A stretch of 64,000 bases of DNA, from NCBI GenBank assembly GCA_964416155.1, contig CAYQCW010000001.1, positions 64,001-128,000 on the forward strand, given 5' to 3'. A program made the translations under genes and the position numbers. The stretch is from an uncultured Nitrososphaerota archaeon (GTDB lineage: Archaea > Thermoproteota > EX4484-205 > JAAOZP01). The notes below the pieces were generated by a model. That model was not told the DNA's origin and did not search any database. It saw nothing but the letters and a program-made list of their open reading frames with translations. This document shows, in pieces, positions 1 to 8,976 of the stretch; position 1 is the first letter of the stretch; every line of letters starts with the position of its first letter.

Positions 1-62
1 CGTGGAGAGAGTTAATGCTGCACATGGTAACGTTGCAGTTTACCTAGGCTATTGATTGTCTC

Positions 63-230
63 CTAAATCCTGATTCCCCTTGCTTTCAACGCTTCTTTCA
101 ACAACAGCCTGATTGCTTCTGATCTGTAGCTGAATCCTTGGGACGCTTTAACCTTATCTATTCCTGATAACATTTTTCTATCCATTTTGAACGATATTGT
201 CTCCAGCTTATTACTGTCTTTTCTCCCCAT
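63..230 (-). CDS. Ribbon-helix-helix (CopG/NikR-like) DNA-binding protein, 55 aa
   Basis: Not in the ORF track. Manual translation MGRKDSNKLETISFKMDRKMLSGIDKVKASQGFSYRSEAIRLLLKEALKARGIRI* shows a beta-strand ETISFKM and an RSEAIR helix typical of RHH proteins. Confidence 0.75.
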   Translation of the reverse strand: MGRKDSNKLETISFKMDRKMLSGIDKVKASQGFSYRSEAIRLLLKEALKARGIRI

Positions 231-362
231 GGTCAATATAGATATGACACTTGTATTTAAAGATAATATTGCGTATTTGGAGGTAATACCACATGTTTCA
301 GGTAAAATTATGCCTCTATAAAGTTTATATTTAGAGGCAACATTAAGTATGATGAAAGTAAA

Positions 363-1079
363 ATGGAGGTTGATGAAGCTAAAAAGGGAAAGATGTTTAA
401 ATTTGTCGGCGAATCATTAAACCCGGTCGTAGGCTGTAAGCATCATTGTTACGGTGGCAGATGCTAGGCTAGACTTTTGTTCATGAAAAACCGTGCAGCC
501 TACGGGTATGGTTTTAGTTTCGATGATCCGCATTATTTTCCTGAACGGTTGGAAAAAATAGGAAAGCTGAAGGAGGTTGTGTTCGTCTGCTGCATGGCCG
601 ATCTTTTCGGCGAATGGGTGAATCGGAATGGATAAACGAAATATTGGATGCGTTGAACAGGAATAAGCATGTCACTTGGTTTTTTGAGACGAAAAATCCG
701 GAGAGATATTTCGAGTTTCTGGACAGAATTCCTAGGAACTCAGTGTTGTCGGCAACCATAGAGACAAACAGGGACTATGAAACATGGAATGCGCCGAGCA
801 GGGGTAAGAGGATAAAGACGATGATTGATCTTAAATGGGAGAAAAAAACACATATCTATTGAGCCCATCATGGATTTTGACGTGGATATTATGGTTGAAA
901 CCATTAAACATATCGATCCTGTTTTAGTAAGTGTCGGCTACGATAATTATCATGCTGGTCTAGTTGAACCGGAGTTGGAAAAGACTAACGATTTAATAGC
1001 GAAGCTTGAGGGCTTCGTTAAGGTTGAGAAGAAGGAGGTGAGGGAGAAATGCGAAAAACCCTTCGCACGTATGAAGTAA
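363..1079 (+). pseudogene. DUF5131 / phage Gp37Gp68-like (radical-SAM-related) protein, disrupted
   Basis: Joined fragments: MFKFVGESLNPVVGCKHHCYGGRC*AR (in-frame TAG where W is expected), then FPERLEK..VFVCCMADLFGEWV, then EWINEIL..FFETKNPERY..ATIETN, then HISIEPIMDFD..VGYD. One nonsense codon and about 3 frameshifts; ORFs 614-862 and 825-1079 are pieces of it. Confidence 0.75.
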
Positions 1080-1213
1080 TGCTGCGGTTCTACGTCAAAG
1101 CAAAAGACAAATCGGAAGCCTGGCTGCTCTTGCAGCAGATAGGCGAGAGAATAGCCGACGAGTTTAAGGAGGTGGTTGAAGCCCAGCCGTTTGACGTAGA
1201 AGAACCGTATTGA
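1049..1213 (+). CDS. Small hypothetical protein, 54 aa (virus/plasmid-like)
   Basis: MRKTLRTYEVMLRFYVKAKDKSEAWLLLQQIGERIADEFKEVVEAQPFDVEEPY*, preceded by a strong SD GGAGGTGA (1034-1041) and followed by a T-rich terminator. Confidence 0.55.
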   Translation: MRKTLRTYEVMLRFYVKAKDKSEAWLLLQQIGERIADEFKEVVEAQPFDVEEPY

Positions 1214-1245
1214 AAAACCCGTTCCTTTTTTTTCTACGGTTTTTT
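1213..1245 (+). terminator. Oligo-T terminator with flanking inverted repeat
   Basis: AAAAACCCGT-TCCTTTTTTTTCT-ACGGTTTTTT directly after the stop codon at 1213. Confidence 0.5.
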
Positions 1246-1383
1246 GCTGCGACTCAGGATCGCTGCGATTCGCTCGGCTTCACACACGTGTGAAGGGCTA
1301 TGGTGAAAGAGGGCAGCCGAAGAGCCTTCGCCCAGTTTTAAATGTGAACTCGAGTTTTGTTAAAAATTTTAATTAGGAGGATA

Positions 1384-2139
1384 ATGCTTCAAACAGTGAT
1401 GCAGACAGATAAAAGGCTGATAGTGGATGCGAACACTGTCTTCGGCGCATACCCGAAAAGGAAAACAGACGTTTCGCTTACAAATCTCTTGAGGACGATG
1501 AATCTTAACGGGATTGAAAAAGCCCTGACAGCCTCCCTGAAAGGAGCTTTCTACAGCTATGAAGAAGGAAACGAGGAAACCCTTAAGGCATGCGACGCGG
1601 ACAAGAGGCTTATTCCCCTAGCTACAGTCGACCCCAGAAGGTTTGTAGGTGGGAGTAGGGAGATTAAAAACCTTCTCAGACGCGGTTTTAAAGGTATTAG
1701 ACTTTTCAAAGATATTCAAGGCTACCCGCTCGACTATTCCCCAGTAATCGAAATCATTGAGAGCATGGAGGGATTGGGAGTGCCGCTCCTTGTTCCCTGC
1801 AACGAATACGGGTGTATAACACTCTTGTCGAGACTTACTGCAGAGAAAGACTATCCCGTGATAGTTCTCGGATGCACATATTCTCTTCTAAGTGAATTCA
1901 TAGTTTCAGCAAGGAGAAATAAGAACCTGTATGTTGAAACCCGTCTTCTAGCCTCTTCCGACGCTATTGAGGTTCTTGTTGAAAAAGTCGGGGCCAGCAG
2001 GCTCATATTCGGCTCCGGAATAAATCTCGAATACTTTCAGGCCTCCTACAGGATGGTTGAATCAGCCAAAATCCGGGAAGAAGACAAAAACTTGATTCTC
2101 GGCGGAAACATTCTCAGAATTCTTAAGGAGGCTGGTTGA
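1384..2139 (+). CDS. Amidohydrolase family (Amidohydro_2) TIM barrel with degenerate metal site
   Basis: IVDANTVFG at the DxHxH position, FKGIRLF, RLIFGSG, ILGGNILRIL. SD AGGAGG at 1375-1380 supports ATG 1384 rather than 1357. Confidence 0.75.
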   Translation: MLQTVMQTDKRLIVDANTVFGAYPKRKTDVSLTNLLRTMNLNGIEKALTASLKGAFYSYEEGNEETLKACDADKRLIPLATVDPRRFVGGSREIKNLLRRGFKGIRLFKDIQGYPLDYSPVIEIIESMEGLGVPLLVPCNEYGCITLLSRLTAEKDYPVIVLGCTYSLLSEFIVSARRNKNLYVETRLLASSDAIEVLVEKVGASRLIFGSGINLEYFQASYRMVESAKIREEDKNLILGGNILRILKEAG

Positions 2140-2140
2140 T

Positions 2141-2893
2141 ACGCCCATTGTAGACGTGCATGCCCACTACGGCGAATGGTTCTTCCCGATATACAGGTCG
2201 GCGAAGAAGGATATAGAGGAGATGATGAACCGCCACGGTATCGAGAAAATCATCCTATCCTCAAGTAAGGCAATAACCTATGACCTGGTGGAGGGAAACA
2301 TGGATTTAAGCAGGATCCTCGATTCAAACAAAGGTTTATACGGCTACGTGTATGTTAACCCGAATTACCCTGAGCTCTCTAAAGCTGAAATTGAGAAGTA
2401 TCTTGGCAACCCGCTTATCAAGGGCGTTGGCGAAATACATCCGGATTACTCTGGTGTTTCAGTAGACTCGGAGGAAAGTGTCTCGGTGATAAGGGAGGCA
2501 GCCGAATACCAGAAGCCGTTCCTAATACATACTTACAGTTTAGAGAACGTAAGAGCACTTGTCGAACTCGTTAAAAAGGTTCCTGACAACATATTCATAG
2601 CTGGACACATGGGTGGAACAGTTGGGTCTGGAACAGGGTTAAGCTGGAAGAAGGCGATTGACGCCGCTAAAGAGTATTCAAACATTTATTTAGAGATATG
2701 CATGACCCTTTTTGAAAAAGGGAAGCTTGAGGAAGCTGTTGACAAAGTGGGCGCGGACAAGATCATGTTCGGCAGTGACTTAACATTGTTAAGCCCTGCC
2801 CATACGATCGGCATGGTTCTAGGCTCGGAGATCTCGAGGAACGATAGAGAAAAAATATTCTATTTAAACGCTAAAAGGGTTTTCAGGCTTTAG
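2141..2893 (+). CDS. Amidohydrolase family (Amidohydro_2) protein, intact metal motifs
   Basis: IVDVHAH, EIHPD, LIHT, AGHMGG, MFGSD, NAKRVF. The ORF-track start (GTG 2156) lies inside the DxHxH motif; probable start is ACG 2141. Confidence 0.8.
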   Translation, partial: TPIVDVHAHYGEWFFPIYRSAKKDIEEMMNRHGIEKIILSSSKAITYDLVEGNMDLSRILDSNKGLYGYVYVNPNYPELSKAEIEKYLGNPLIKGVGEIHPDYSGVSVDSEESVSVIREAAEYQKPFLIHTYSLENVRALVELVKKVPDNIFIAGHMGGTVGSGTGLSWKKAIDAAKEYSNIYLEICMTLFEKGKLEEAVDKVGADKIMFGSDLTLLSPAHTIGMVLGSEISRNDREKIFYLNAKRVFRL

Positions 2894-4127
2894 GGTTCGC
2901 CCTATAATAGCGTGCCACCTTGCTTATAGCCTTAAATATGTCGTTAACATCCTCGTCAGTGTAAAACTCGTTCACAGGTATCGTTATCAATTCTCTAAGA
3001 ACCTTCTCCGCATTCGGGCATTCTCCCTCCCTATACTGGATCCTCCTGTTGTAGCGCGGACAGTCGAATGGGCAGTGCGAGGAACCGTACGTAGCCTGAT
3101 CCTTAAGAATGCTAAACATGTAGAGCGGCTTCTTAATGTATCCTGTAGAAGCCGGTATCCCTTCTGCTGAAACAGCTTTAGCAAACTCCTCCGGAGTAGC
3201 CTTAATGGTTTCAGCGTCGATCGTTAAAGGGTAAAGCCAGTATGAATGCTTCGACCTGGGCAGGGTTTTTGGAGGATTCACCCCTTCAACCTCGCTTAAA
3301 AGCTTCGTTAAAGTATCCCCCACCCTTCTTCTCCTAGCAACAATGTCCCGCACCTTGCGCAACTGGGCTAGCGCCACGGCCCCCTGGAGTTCAGTCATCC
3401 TGTAATTTATAGCTAGGAAAAGATACCCCCTATCCCCAGCCTGACCCCTAGGCCAAGCCTTATCCGCGAATAGACGCGCCCTTTCAGCAAGCTCATCATC
3501 AACCGTAATAGTTATTCCACCGTCTCCACAAGTCATCTGCTTCGACTGCTGGAGGCTGAAGCAGCCTAGATCACCCATTGTTCCCGCCAGCCTACCCTTA
3601 TACTCGGCTAAATGGGCTTGAGAAGCATCTTCAATCAAATAAAGCCCATGCTCCCTGCAGATTTCCACGAGCGGATCCATGTCGCAACATTGGCCGAAGA
3701 GATGTATAGCGATGACTGCAACAGTCCTGTCGGTTATTTTTCTCTCCACGTCTTCAGGATCCAGCCCGTAGGTCTCGGGGTCGATATCGGCGAAAACAGG
3801 GATACAGTTCTGCCAGAGGATTGGAACTATGCTCCCAATGTCGCTTATAGGGCCAGTTATTATCTCTGAGCAGGGTTCAGGGTTAATCGCTCCTAAAGCA
3901 ACGTGTATCGAGGCTGTTCCAGAAGTTGAGGCAACACCATGCTTAGCACCGTAGAGCATTGCAAACTCCTTTTCGAAGGCTGAAACCTTCGTCCCGCCCA
4001 CTCTGTTTAAATTACCGGACCAGATTACGTCAACAAGCTCCTTCATCTCCTCGCTTCCAATATCCCTCCTGCTCGGAAGCTCTTTCAACCGGGTTCTTAG
4101 ACCACCGTTAATAGCTAACTCTTCCAA
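2883..4127 (-). CDS. DegT/DnrJ/EryC1/StrS family PLP-dependent sugar aminotransferase
   Basis: LAINGG N-terminus, SGTASIH, IEDASQAH, FSLQQSKQMTCGDGG (PLP Lys), NYRMTELQGA. Confidence 0.92.
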   Translation of the reverse strand: MEELAINGGLRTRLKELPSRRDIGSEEMKELVDVIWSGNLNRVGGTKVSAFEKEFAMLYGAKHGVASTSGTASIHVALGAINPEPCSEIITGPISDIGSIVPILWQNCIPVFADIDPETYGLDPEDVERKITDRTVAVIAIHLFGQCCDMDPLVEICREHGLYLIEDASQAHLAEYKGRLAGTMGDLGCFSLQQSKQMTCGDGGITITVDDELAERARLFADKAWPRGQAGDRGYLFLAINYRMTELQGAVALAQLRKVRDIVARRRRVGDTLTKLLSEVEGVNPPKTLPRSKHSYWLYPLTIDAETIKATPEEFAKAVSAEGIPASTGYIKKPLYMFSILKDQATYGSSHCPFDCPRYNRRIQYREGECPNAEKVLRELITIPVNEFYTDEDVNDIFKAISKVARYYRANPKA

Positions 4128-4217
4128 TCTACGCTAACTCCACCTCTCCGATTCAATTAAAGGTTTTCTAGGCTCGTTAAAAATCTTTATTAATCGAGAT
4201 GCTTCGGAGCCCGAAGA

Positions 4218-6461
4218 ATGGCGGCTAAGAAAGAATACTTAGATTTCGTTAACAAGTATTATGAAGAACTATTGAGGAACTATGAGCAGTCTTTGAAAGA
4301 GTGGGAGAAAAGGATGGAAACCGCTGATTCCTTCGACCCTCCCATGGTTCCGGTTGCACGCGCTCTAGTTGAAGGCTTTCTTTATCACGTTACAGGAAAC
4401 AAGGAATATGCTAAAAAAGCGAGGGAAGCAATGCTCACTTATCAGAAGCTACCCGATATGGTTCCAGACCGCATGAGAAGAATGCCGAAATATGCTAAAG
4501 GCATTCGCCCAATGTTGAATTGGTTTGGAGGAGTCACCCTGTTTCTACGAGCCTACGAGTTCATACGGAATAGCGGGGTTATCAGGCCGGAGGATAGGGA
4601 GGTGTTTAAGCAGATAGTTGGAAATAGTCTTGAACCATTCTTCTCCTTCCCGGAGTGGGGGCCGCACAACCGTGCGATTAAAAGGGGATTAGCACTAGCC
4701 TATGCTGCAAAAATATTCCCAGACCATCCTGATGCTTGGAAATGGAACAAGCTTGGGAAACTCATGGTCAAACCCAGTCTGGAACACTGGTCGCTTGAAG
4801 ACAGTGAGCTCTACGTCCCAATCTGGCTCTCAGACCTACTGCTATATCTAGATGTTACGGGAGACCGTGAAGTGCTCGACTCACCCATTATGAAATACTA
4901 TTTCCACTATTTCACAAACCTGCTATGCCCGCTTGGAATGATCCCGGATTTCGGGGATGCGACGTGGGGTGCAAACGCTGAGCTGTACTTAGCAATATTG
5001 GAGAAGGGGGCCAGCACATATAGGGATCCCTATATGAAGTATGCCGCGGACAAAACCTTCAGGTTTGCCCTTAAGGAGAAAAGGCTGGGCGTCTACGCCA
5101 TATTCGCATACCTTTGGTCAGACGATAGTGTTGAAGCCAAGGTTCCAGCGTCCTGTAGCCAGGAGGTTCTGGACGAGGCTATTGGGAAGAAGATTGTTTT
5201 CAGAGAAGGCTGGGATGAGAACGCAACCTACATGCTTCTCAACTATATGGATGAGGGAGACATCGGCTGGTACTATAAAGAGCATTTGCGTAACACTCTT
5301 GTAGTAACCGCGGAGAAGATGCATCATGGTCATGCGGACGAAAACTCTATCGTTACCCTCATTAAAAATGGGGCTTTCCTGCTTCACGACGGGGGTTATC
5401 GGGAGGCTCTGCCAAACGGGGCCTACAGGGCGGATGTTTATCATAACCGTGTAGTCGTTCGGCATGGAAGACCATCAGGTCAAAGGCTTTTCGAATTCCT
5501 TCACGATAAGGGGGTTTACCAGCCTGTTAGAACTAGGAGGGTTCATTTCAAAACATTCCAAGACGTTGACGTAAGCAGGACTGAAGTTATAGATGATAAG
5601 AACGGGTACCATTGGGATAGGGTCGTTACATATTTGAAGGATTTGAAAGCATTCGTAATCCATGACGGGGTGAAGCTTCTAAGAGACGGCGAGTTCACAG
5701 TCAGCAATCTACTATGGACCCAGAACATTCATGCGGCTGGTGAAGAATATTTCGACACTTCAATCGACCTAATAGGTATGGTTGGAGCAATGAACAATGC
5801 GAAGATAACTCTCGAGGAGAGGAAAAGTCTCGCATGGCCTAATAAGAAGGGGGAGAGGCTTCTGATCTATTTCCACCCTGATGGGAACAAGACGCAGGGG
5901 GTCGACGAGACCATGCGATGCTATCTTCCTGAGAAATGCGTCTACCAGACTTATTCCAACCATTTCAAAAAGGGCGAATACGCCTCCTTCACAACTTTCC
6001 TATGGCCTCACAGGGAGGACGAGGCTATTGACGCTATGCTTGGGAAACTTAAGCAAGTCAACGTAGACAAGTATCCGAATGCCACTGCTATAAGGATAGA
6101 GCAGCCCAACGGGGCAACATATGTATGTGTTAAGCATGACCTCTCCATCGGGCTAGTTAGACCCGAGGTTAGACCCACCTACACGTATGAAGCGGGGGAA
6201 ACTCGATACGGCGAGTTTGCAACCGATGCAGCCTACCTCTACGCGAGGCTTAACGGTAACTTGTTAAAATACGCTTTCATAGATGGGATGAAGCTTCTAT
6301 TCAGAAATAGGAGGATCTTCTCCTCCGAGGAGCCGAGTGTTATCGACCTTGCTCACCGGCCAGATATTGACCGCAAAGGAACGTTTAAGACTGAGAAGGA
6401 ATACTGGAAGTTTGAGCTTAAAACGAAGTGGGATTCATGGGAAGACGAGATTAAGGTTTGA
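4218..6461 (+). CDS. Heparinase II/III-like (alpha/alpha toroid plus beta-sandwich) putative oligosaccharide lyase
   Basis: WGPHNR, ED..YVPIW, PLGMIPDFGD, HHGHADENS, LHDGGY, YHNRVVV motifs; no signal peptide evident. Confidence 0.55.
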   Translation: MAAKKEYLDFVNKYYEELLRNYEQSLKEWEKRMETADSFDPPMVPVARALVEGFLYHVTGNKEYAKKAREAMLTYQKLPDMVPDRMRRMPKYAKGIRPMLNWFGGVTLFLRAYEFIRNSGVIRPEDREVFKQIVGNSLEPFFSFPEWGPHNRAIKRGLALAYAAKIFPDHPDAWKWNKLGKLMVKPSLEHWSLEDSELYVPIWLSDLLLYLDVTGDREVLDSPIMKYYFHYFTNLLCPLGMIPDFGDATWGANAELYLAILEKGASTYRDPYMKYAADKTFRFALKEKRLGVYAIFAYLWSDDSVEAKVPASCSQEVLDEAIGKKIVFREGWDENATYMLLNYMDEGDIGWYYKEHLRNTLVVTAEKMHHGHADENSIVTLIKNGAFLLHDGGYREALPNGAYRADVYHNRVVVRHGRPSGQRLFEFLHDKGVYQPVRTRRVHFKTFQDVDVSRTEVIDDKNGYHWDRVVTYLKDLKAFVIHDGVKLLRDGEFTVSNLLWTQNIHAAGEEYFDTSIDLIGMVGAMNNAKITLEERKSLAWPNKKGERLLIYFHPDGNKTQGVDETMRCYLPEKCVYQTYSNHFKKGEYASFTTFLWPHREDEAIDAMLGKLKQVNVDKYPNATAIRIEQPNGATYVCVKHDLSIGLVRPEVRPTYTYEAGETRYGEFATDAAYLYARLNGNLLKYAFIDGMKLLFRNRRIFSSEEPSVIDLAHRPDIDRKGTFKTEKEYWKFELKTKWDSWEDEIKV

Positions 6462-6610
6462 ACCACGTAAAAACGTTAAAGCATAGCTAAACCCAGCATG
6501 TTAACTCTTCATAATAACCGCTGAACATAGAACCATGCAAACCCTTTAGAAACTCACCACTGCTAGGCTTCAAAAAACATATATGCAGGTCTTGTATGCC
6601 GTGTTTTGAA

Positions 6611-7678
6611 ATGACTCTGACATCGCGCGAGAGAGTGTTGATGGTTCTTAAGCATAAAGAAGCCGACAGGATACCGATACACGATAGCCCCTGGGGTGCC
6701 ACTGTCGACAGATGGAGGAGTGAAGGCCTACCCTCCGGCGTTTCACCCGCCGACTACTTTGGCTACGAGCTGGCCGGGTTCTCAGCTGACACTACACCAC
6801 AACTCCCCGTTGAGGTAATAAAGGAGGATGAAGAGTACATAGTTGAAAGAGATTCTTACGGAGGGGTTAGGAGAAACCATAGGGACAGGTCAACCACGCC
6901 AGAGATAATAGATTACCCCTGCAAGAGCAGGGCTGACTGGGAGAAGCTTAAGCCCCGGCTTCAGCCGAGCGACTGGAGGGTTGACTGGGTTTCGACTTTC
7001 AACAACTATCATTACCAGAGGAGCCTAGGCAGGTTCATAACCTATAACGCGGCTGTAGGATACGATAAGATGCAGAGCTACGTAGCCACCGCGAGACTTT
7101 TGAAAGCAATCATAATGGAGCCAGACTGGGTGGTGGATATGTATTGGACTGATGCTAAACTTGCAATGGAAATGTGTGAAAGAATGATGAGGGCCGGGTT
7201 GAAATTTGACGGAGCATTCCTCTTCTGCGACCTGGGCTATAAGAATGGCCTATTATTCTCCCCGAAACACTATGAGAAGCAGCTTCACCCCGTTTTTAAA
7301 GAGCTCTGCAGGTTTTTCCACAGTAGAGACATGCCGGTTCTGCTTCACAGCTGCGGAATGGTTAAGGACCTTATACCTTTCTTCATAGAAGAGGGTATTG
7401 ACTGCTTACAGCCGCTTGAAGTCAAGGCGGGCATGGATCTCGTCGAACTTAAGAACCAGTATGGCGATAAGCTTTGCTTCATGGGCGGAATAGACGTGAG
7501 GCTAATGGCTTTAGACGACCCCGCTCCCCTTGAGGAAGAGATAAAACGGAAAATATCCTTTGCGAAGCAGGGTGGAGGATACATTTATCACTCTGACCAC
7601 TCAATACCGAAAAACGTGAGTTTCGCAAACTATAAGAGAGTTATAGAGCTGGTTAAGAAGCATGGAGCATACGCTTAG
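6611..7678 (+). CDS. Uroporphyrinogen decarboxylase (URO-D)/MtaA-like family TIM-barrel protein
   Basis: TSRERV..DRIP N-terminus, CDLGYKNG, LHSCG, QPLEVKAGMD, GGIDVR, GGGYIYHSDHSIP. Confidence 0.85.
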   Translation: MTLTSRERVLMVLKHKEADRIPIHDSPWGATVDRWRSEGLPSGVSPADYFGYELAGFSADTTPQLPVEVIKEDEEYIVERDSYGGVRRNHRDRSTTPEIIDYPCKSRADWEKLKPRLQPSDWRVDWVSTFNNYHYQRSLGRFITYNAAVGYDKMQSYVATARLLKAIIMEPDWVVDMYWTDAKLAMEMCERMMRAGLKFDGAFLFCDLGYKNGLLFSPKHYEKQLHPVFKELCRFFHSRDMPVLLHSCGMVKDLIPFFIEEGIDCLQPLEVKAGMDLVELKNQYGDKLCFMGGIDVRLMALDDPAPLEEEIKRKISFAKQGGGYIYHSDHSIPKNVSFANYKRVIELVKKHGAYA

Positions 7679-7734
7679 AAATCCCTGAATCGGAAATCAG
7701 GTTAAACTTGAAAGCATAAAGATCCATGCTTTTT

Positions 7735-8976
7735 CTAACGCGCTTCTAATGCAGCCGGCAGGTTTCCCCTCATCCACTGGTTTCCCCTCGCCTCCTCAAG
7801 GGTCTTCAGGTAAAGCTCCCTAGTTCTCTCAGCAATAGACCGCCAATTATATATTTCAGCAACCTTTTTAAAAGCATTCTGCTTTAAACGCTCCGCCGCA
7901 TCAGGATTATCTAGCAGGTAAGAGATCGCGCGGGACAACGAGTCTGAATTGTTAGCCTCCACCTTCAAGCCGTTAACATTATCCTCCACGATCTCTGAGA
8001 GACCCCCTACATCTGAAACTATAATTGGAACCCCGGAAGCCATCGCCTCTAAAGCCACTATGCCGAAAGGCTCGTATAGACTCGGGAATACGGCTATCGA
8101 AGCACACTTGTAGAGCAGTCTAAGAGTAGCGTCATCCACATAGCCGGTGAAATGCGCTTTGGGGAAAATGTTCAGTTGCCCCGCAATCCGCATCAGCTCC
8201 TCTTTATAATACCCCTCTCCAACCACCACCAACTTGGCTTCAGGATGAGAATTCAGCACACTCGGCATCGCGCCTAAAAGCACATTCACCCCTTTCTCCG
8301 GGACGAGTCTCCCAACATAAAGTATTATCTTCTCTTGGTCTGCAGCGTATCTCGACCTGAAGCTTCTCGAGCAAGAATAGCCGTCGAACTGGGTTTTATC
8401 CACACCGTTTGGTATTACTAATATCTTGTCAGGAGGCGTGTTGAAGAACCTCACCACCTCCTCCTTCATGTAGCTACTGCAGCATAATACTTTCCAAGAC
8501 TCATAGGTTAGCCACCACTCTATCTGGTGTATCATTCGTTGGTAATCAGTGTGTAGGCCACGCCGCCTACCCTGCTCGGTTGAGTGTATAGTAGATATAA
8601 GTGGGACTCTGCACAGGTGTTTCATCGATATCGCTGGTTTAGCAACAAGCCAGTCGTGCGCGTGAACAATGTCGATTCCACCCCACTCCCTAACTGTTTT
8701 CACAGCCTCGCGTTCCATATTGATGTTCATAAGGAGAACCCAGGATGCGAAGTCCGACGTCGGCGCAGTATAGGATTCAACCCTTTTCACAGTCATGTTT
8801 CCAAGCTTCTCCGTCTCAGGAGCCCCAGGGTAATTGCACGTTAACAAGATTATCTCTAAACCGATGTTTCGGAGTTGCTCCGTAAGATGCTTGACGTGAG
8901 TAGCTAATCCCCCGATTATCCGCGGAGGATACTCCCAAGACAGCATAAGAACCCTCAGCCTATCCACGCTTCTCAT
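7735..8976 (-). CDS. GT4 glycosyltransferase (glycogen synthase-like)
   Basis: WEYPPRIIGGL, HAHDW, HSTEQGR, VGRLVPEKG, PSLYEPFGIVALEAMA. Confidence 0.92.
   Translation of the reverse strand: MRSVDRLRVLMLSWEYPPRIIGGLATHVKHLTEQLRNIGLEIILLTCNYPGAPETEKLGNMTVKRVESYTAPTSDFASWVLLMNINMEREAVKTVREWGGIDIVHAHDWLVAKPAISMKHLCRVPLISTIHSTEQGRRRGLHTDYQRMIHQIEWWLTYESWKVLCCSSYMKEEVVRFFNTPPDKILVIPNGVDKTQFDGYSCSRSFRSRYAADQEKIILYVGRLVPEKGVNVLLGAMPSVLNSHPEAKLVVVGEGYYKEELMRIAGQLNIFPKAHFTGYVDDATLRLLYKCASIAVFPSLYEPFGIVALEAMASGVPIIVSDVGGLSEIVEDNVNGLKVEANNSDSLSRAISYLLDNPDAAERLKQNAFKKVAEIYNWRSIAERTRELYLKTLEEARGNQWMRGNLPAALEAR

Noticed and set aside
465-467. In-frame TAG in the DUF5131-like gene as possible pyrrolysine or recoding
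   Set aside because: It replaces an expected Trp (TGG>TAG) and the gene also carries several frameshifts, so simple decay explains it.
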